In this document: piece after piece, positions 61,701 through 64,000 of the stretch
How positions within the stretch are numbered: the first letter of the stretch is position 1
Layout of the letters: every line of letters starts with the position of its first letter
Source of the DNA: Squalus acanthias
Lineage: Eukaryota
Assembly: GCA_030390025.1 (NCBI GenBank)
Contig: CM059432.1
Location: forward strand, 84,632,001-84,696,000
Length of the DNA stretch: 64,000 nucleotides
Direction: 5' to 3'
The notes under the pieces: generated by a model
What the model was told of the DNA's origin: nothing
Seen by the model: the letters and a program-made list of their open reading frames with translations, nothing else
Databases searched by the model: none
Position numbers and translations under genes: made by a program

Positions 61701-64000
61701 AGCGTGAACAGTGGTATAAAGAGCGCGAGAGCGGGAACAATGGTGTAAAGAGTGTGAGAGTGGGAACAGTGGAATAAAGAGCACGAGATCGGGAACAGTG
61801 GAATAAAGAGCGCGAGAGCGGGAACAGTGGAATAAAGAGCGCGAGATCAGGAACAGTGGAATAAAGAGCGCGAGATCGGGAACAGTGGAATAAAGAGCGC
61901 GAGAGCAGGAACAGTGGAATAAAGAGCGTGAGAGCGGGAACAGTGGTATAAAGAGCGCGAGAGCGGGAACAGTGGTATAAAGAGCGCGAGAGCGGGAACA
62001 GTGGTATAAAGAGTGTGAGAGTGGGAACAGCGGAATAAAGAGCGCGAGAACGGGAACAGTGGTATAAAGAGCGCGAGAACGGGAACAGTGGTATAAAGAG
62101 CGTGAGAGAGGGAACAGTGGAATAAAGAGCGCGAGAGTGGGAACAGCAGAATAAAGAGCGCGAGAGTGGGAACAGTGGAATAAAGAGCGTGAGAGTGGGC
62201 ACAGTGGAATAAAGAAGGGAGAGAGGGAACAGCGGAATAAAGAGCGCGAGAGTGGGAACAGCGGAATAAAGAGCGGGAGAGTGGGAACAGTGGAATGAAG
62301 AGCGTGAGAGTGGGAACAGTGGAATAAAGAGCGGGAGAGTGGCAACAGCGGAATAAAGAGCGCGAGAGTGGGAACAGCGTAATAAAGAGCGGGAGAGTGG
62401 GAACAGCGGAATAAATAGCGCGAGAGCGGGAACAGTGGAATAAAGAGCGTGAGAGCGGGAACAGCGGAATAAAGAGCGGGAGAGCGGGAACAGCGGAATA
62501 AAGAGCGAGAGCAGCGGGAACAGTGGAATAAAGAGCGCGAGAGTGGGAACAGTGGAATGAAGAGCGTGAGAGTGGGAACAGTGGAATAAAGAACGGGAGA
62601 GTGGGAACAGCGAAATAAAGAGCGCGAGAGTGGGAACAGCGGAATAAAGAGCGCGAGAGTGGAAACAGCGGAATAAAGAGCGCGAGAGTGGGAACAGCGG
62701 AATAAAGAGCGCTGAGAGCGGGAGCAGCGGAATAAAGAGCGCGAGAGTGGGAACAGCGGAATAAAGAGCGCGAGAGCGGGAACAACGGTATAAAGATCGG
62801 GAGAGCAGGAACAGCGGAATAAAGAGCGTGAGAGTGGGAACAACGGTATAAAGAACGTGAGAGTGGGAACATTGGTATAAAGAGCGCGAGAGCGGGAACA
62901 GCGGAATAAAGAGCGTGAGAGTGGGAACAGCAGAATAAAGAGCGCGAGAGCGGGAACAGCGGAATAAAGAGCGCGAGAGCGGGAACAGCGGAATAAAGAG
63001 CGGGAGAGTGGGAACAGCAGAATAAAGAGCGGGAGAGCGGGAACAGTGGTATAAAGAGCGTGAGAGTGGGAACTGCAGAATAAAGAGTGGGAGAGCGGGA
63101 ACAGTGGAATAAAGAGCGTGAGAGTGGGAACAGTGGTATAAAGAGCGGGAGAGCGGGAACTGTGGAATAAAGAGCGTGAGAGTGGGAACAGCAGAATAAA
63201 GAGCGGGAGAGCGGGAACAGCGGAATAAAGAGCGTGAGAGCGGGAACAGTGGTATAAAGAGCGCGAGAGTGGGAACAGTGGAATAAAGAGTGGGAGAGCG
63301 GGAACAGCGGAATAAAGAGCGTGAGAGTGGGAACAGTGGAATAAAGAGTGCGAGAGCGGGAACAGCGGAATAAAGAGTGCGAGAGCGGGAACAGCGGAAT
63401 AAAGAGCGCGAGAGCGGGAACAGCGGAATAAAGAGTGCGAGAGTGGGAACAGCGGTATAATGAGCGCGAGAGCGGGAACAGCGGAATAAAGAGCGGGAGA
63501 GCGGGAACAGTGGAATAAAGAGCGGGAGAGCGGGAACAGTGGAATAAAGAGCGCCAGAGCGGGAACAGCGGAATAAAGAGCGGGAGTCGGAGCAGCGGTA
63601 TAAAGAGCGCGAGAGCGGGAACAGTGGAATAAAGAGCGTGAGAGTGGGAACAGCGGAATAAAGAGCGCGAGAGCGGGAACAATGGTATAAAGAGCGTGAG
63701 AGTGGGAACAGCAGAATAAAGAGCGGGAGAGTGGGAACAGCGGAATAAAGGGCGGGAGAGTGGGAACAGTGGAATAAAGAGCGCGAGAGTGGGAACAGTG
63801 GTATAAAGAGTGTGAGAGTGGGAACAGTGGAATAAAGAGCAGGAGAGTGGGAACAGTGGAATAAAGAGCGCGAGAGCGGGAACAACGGTATAAAGATCGG
63901 GAGAGCAGGAACAGCGGAATAAAGAGCGTGAGAGTGGGAACAACGGTATAAAGAACGTGAGAGTGGGAACAGTGGTATAAAGAGCGGGAGATCGGGAACA
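49799..64000. repeat. 29-bp satellite array, consensus GCGGAATAAAGAGCGCGAGAGTGGGAACA, about 490 copies, continues past the window
   Basis: Period of 29 (for example 49812 and 49841), maintained throughout with point variants. Confidence 0.98.

Noticed and set aside
48845..63943. Giant ORFs of up to 4105 aa
   Set aside because: Artefact of a 29-bp stop-free repeat: the same 29-aa peptide appears in all three frames, and some ORFs run through the N gap.
49799..64000. CRISPR-like array (29-bp repeat)
   Set aside because: Head-to-tail monomers without unique spacers, no cas genes, eukaryotic context.

Overview
Eukaryotic, repeat-saturated vertebrate DNA. The SINE, CR1 and Penelope repertoire suggests a cartilaginous fish; this is inference and was not checked by a search. 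No intact host protein-coding gene is evident. Bases 1-48,000 are a nest of decayed transposons dominated by PIF/Harbinger. These include one structurally complete 4.3-kb two-gene element (24416-28722: TIRs, TTA target-site duplication, HARBI1-like DDE transposase facing a spliced Myb/SANT plus coiled-coil gene), several deleted copies and many Harbinger MITEs. Also present are a Neptune-type Penelope element with pseudo-LTRs, an inverted tail and a minimal hammerhead ribozyme; CR1 and L2 LINEs; tRNA/Deu-type SINEs; a solo LTR; and a probable hAT transposase fossil. A CpG-rich, NRF1-motif segment at about 48.3 kb and two weak exon candidates may mark a decayed host gene. After a CT-rich tract and a 500-N gap, the last 14.2 kb is a 29-bp satellite with higher-order structure, whose stop-free minus strand produces the giant spurious ORFs.
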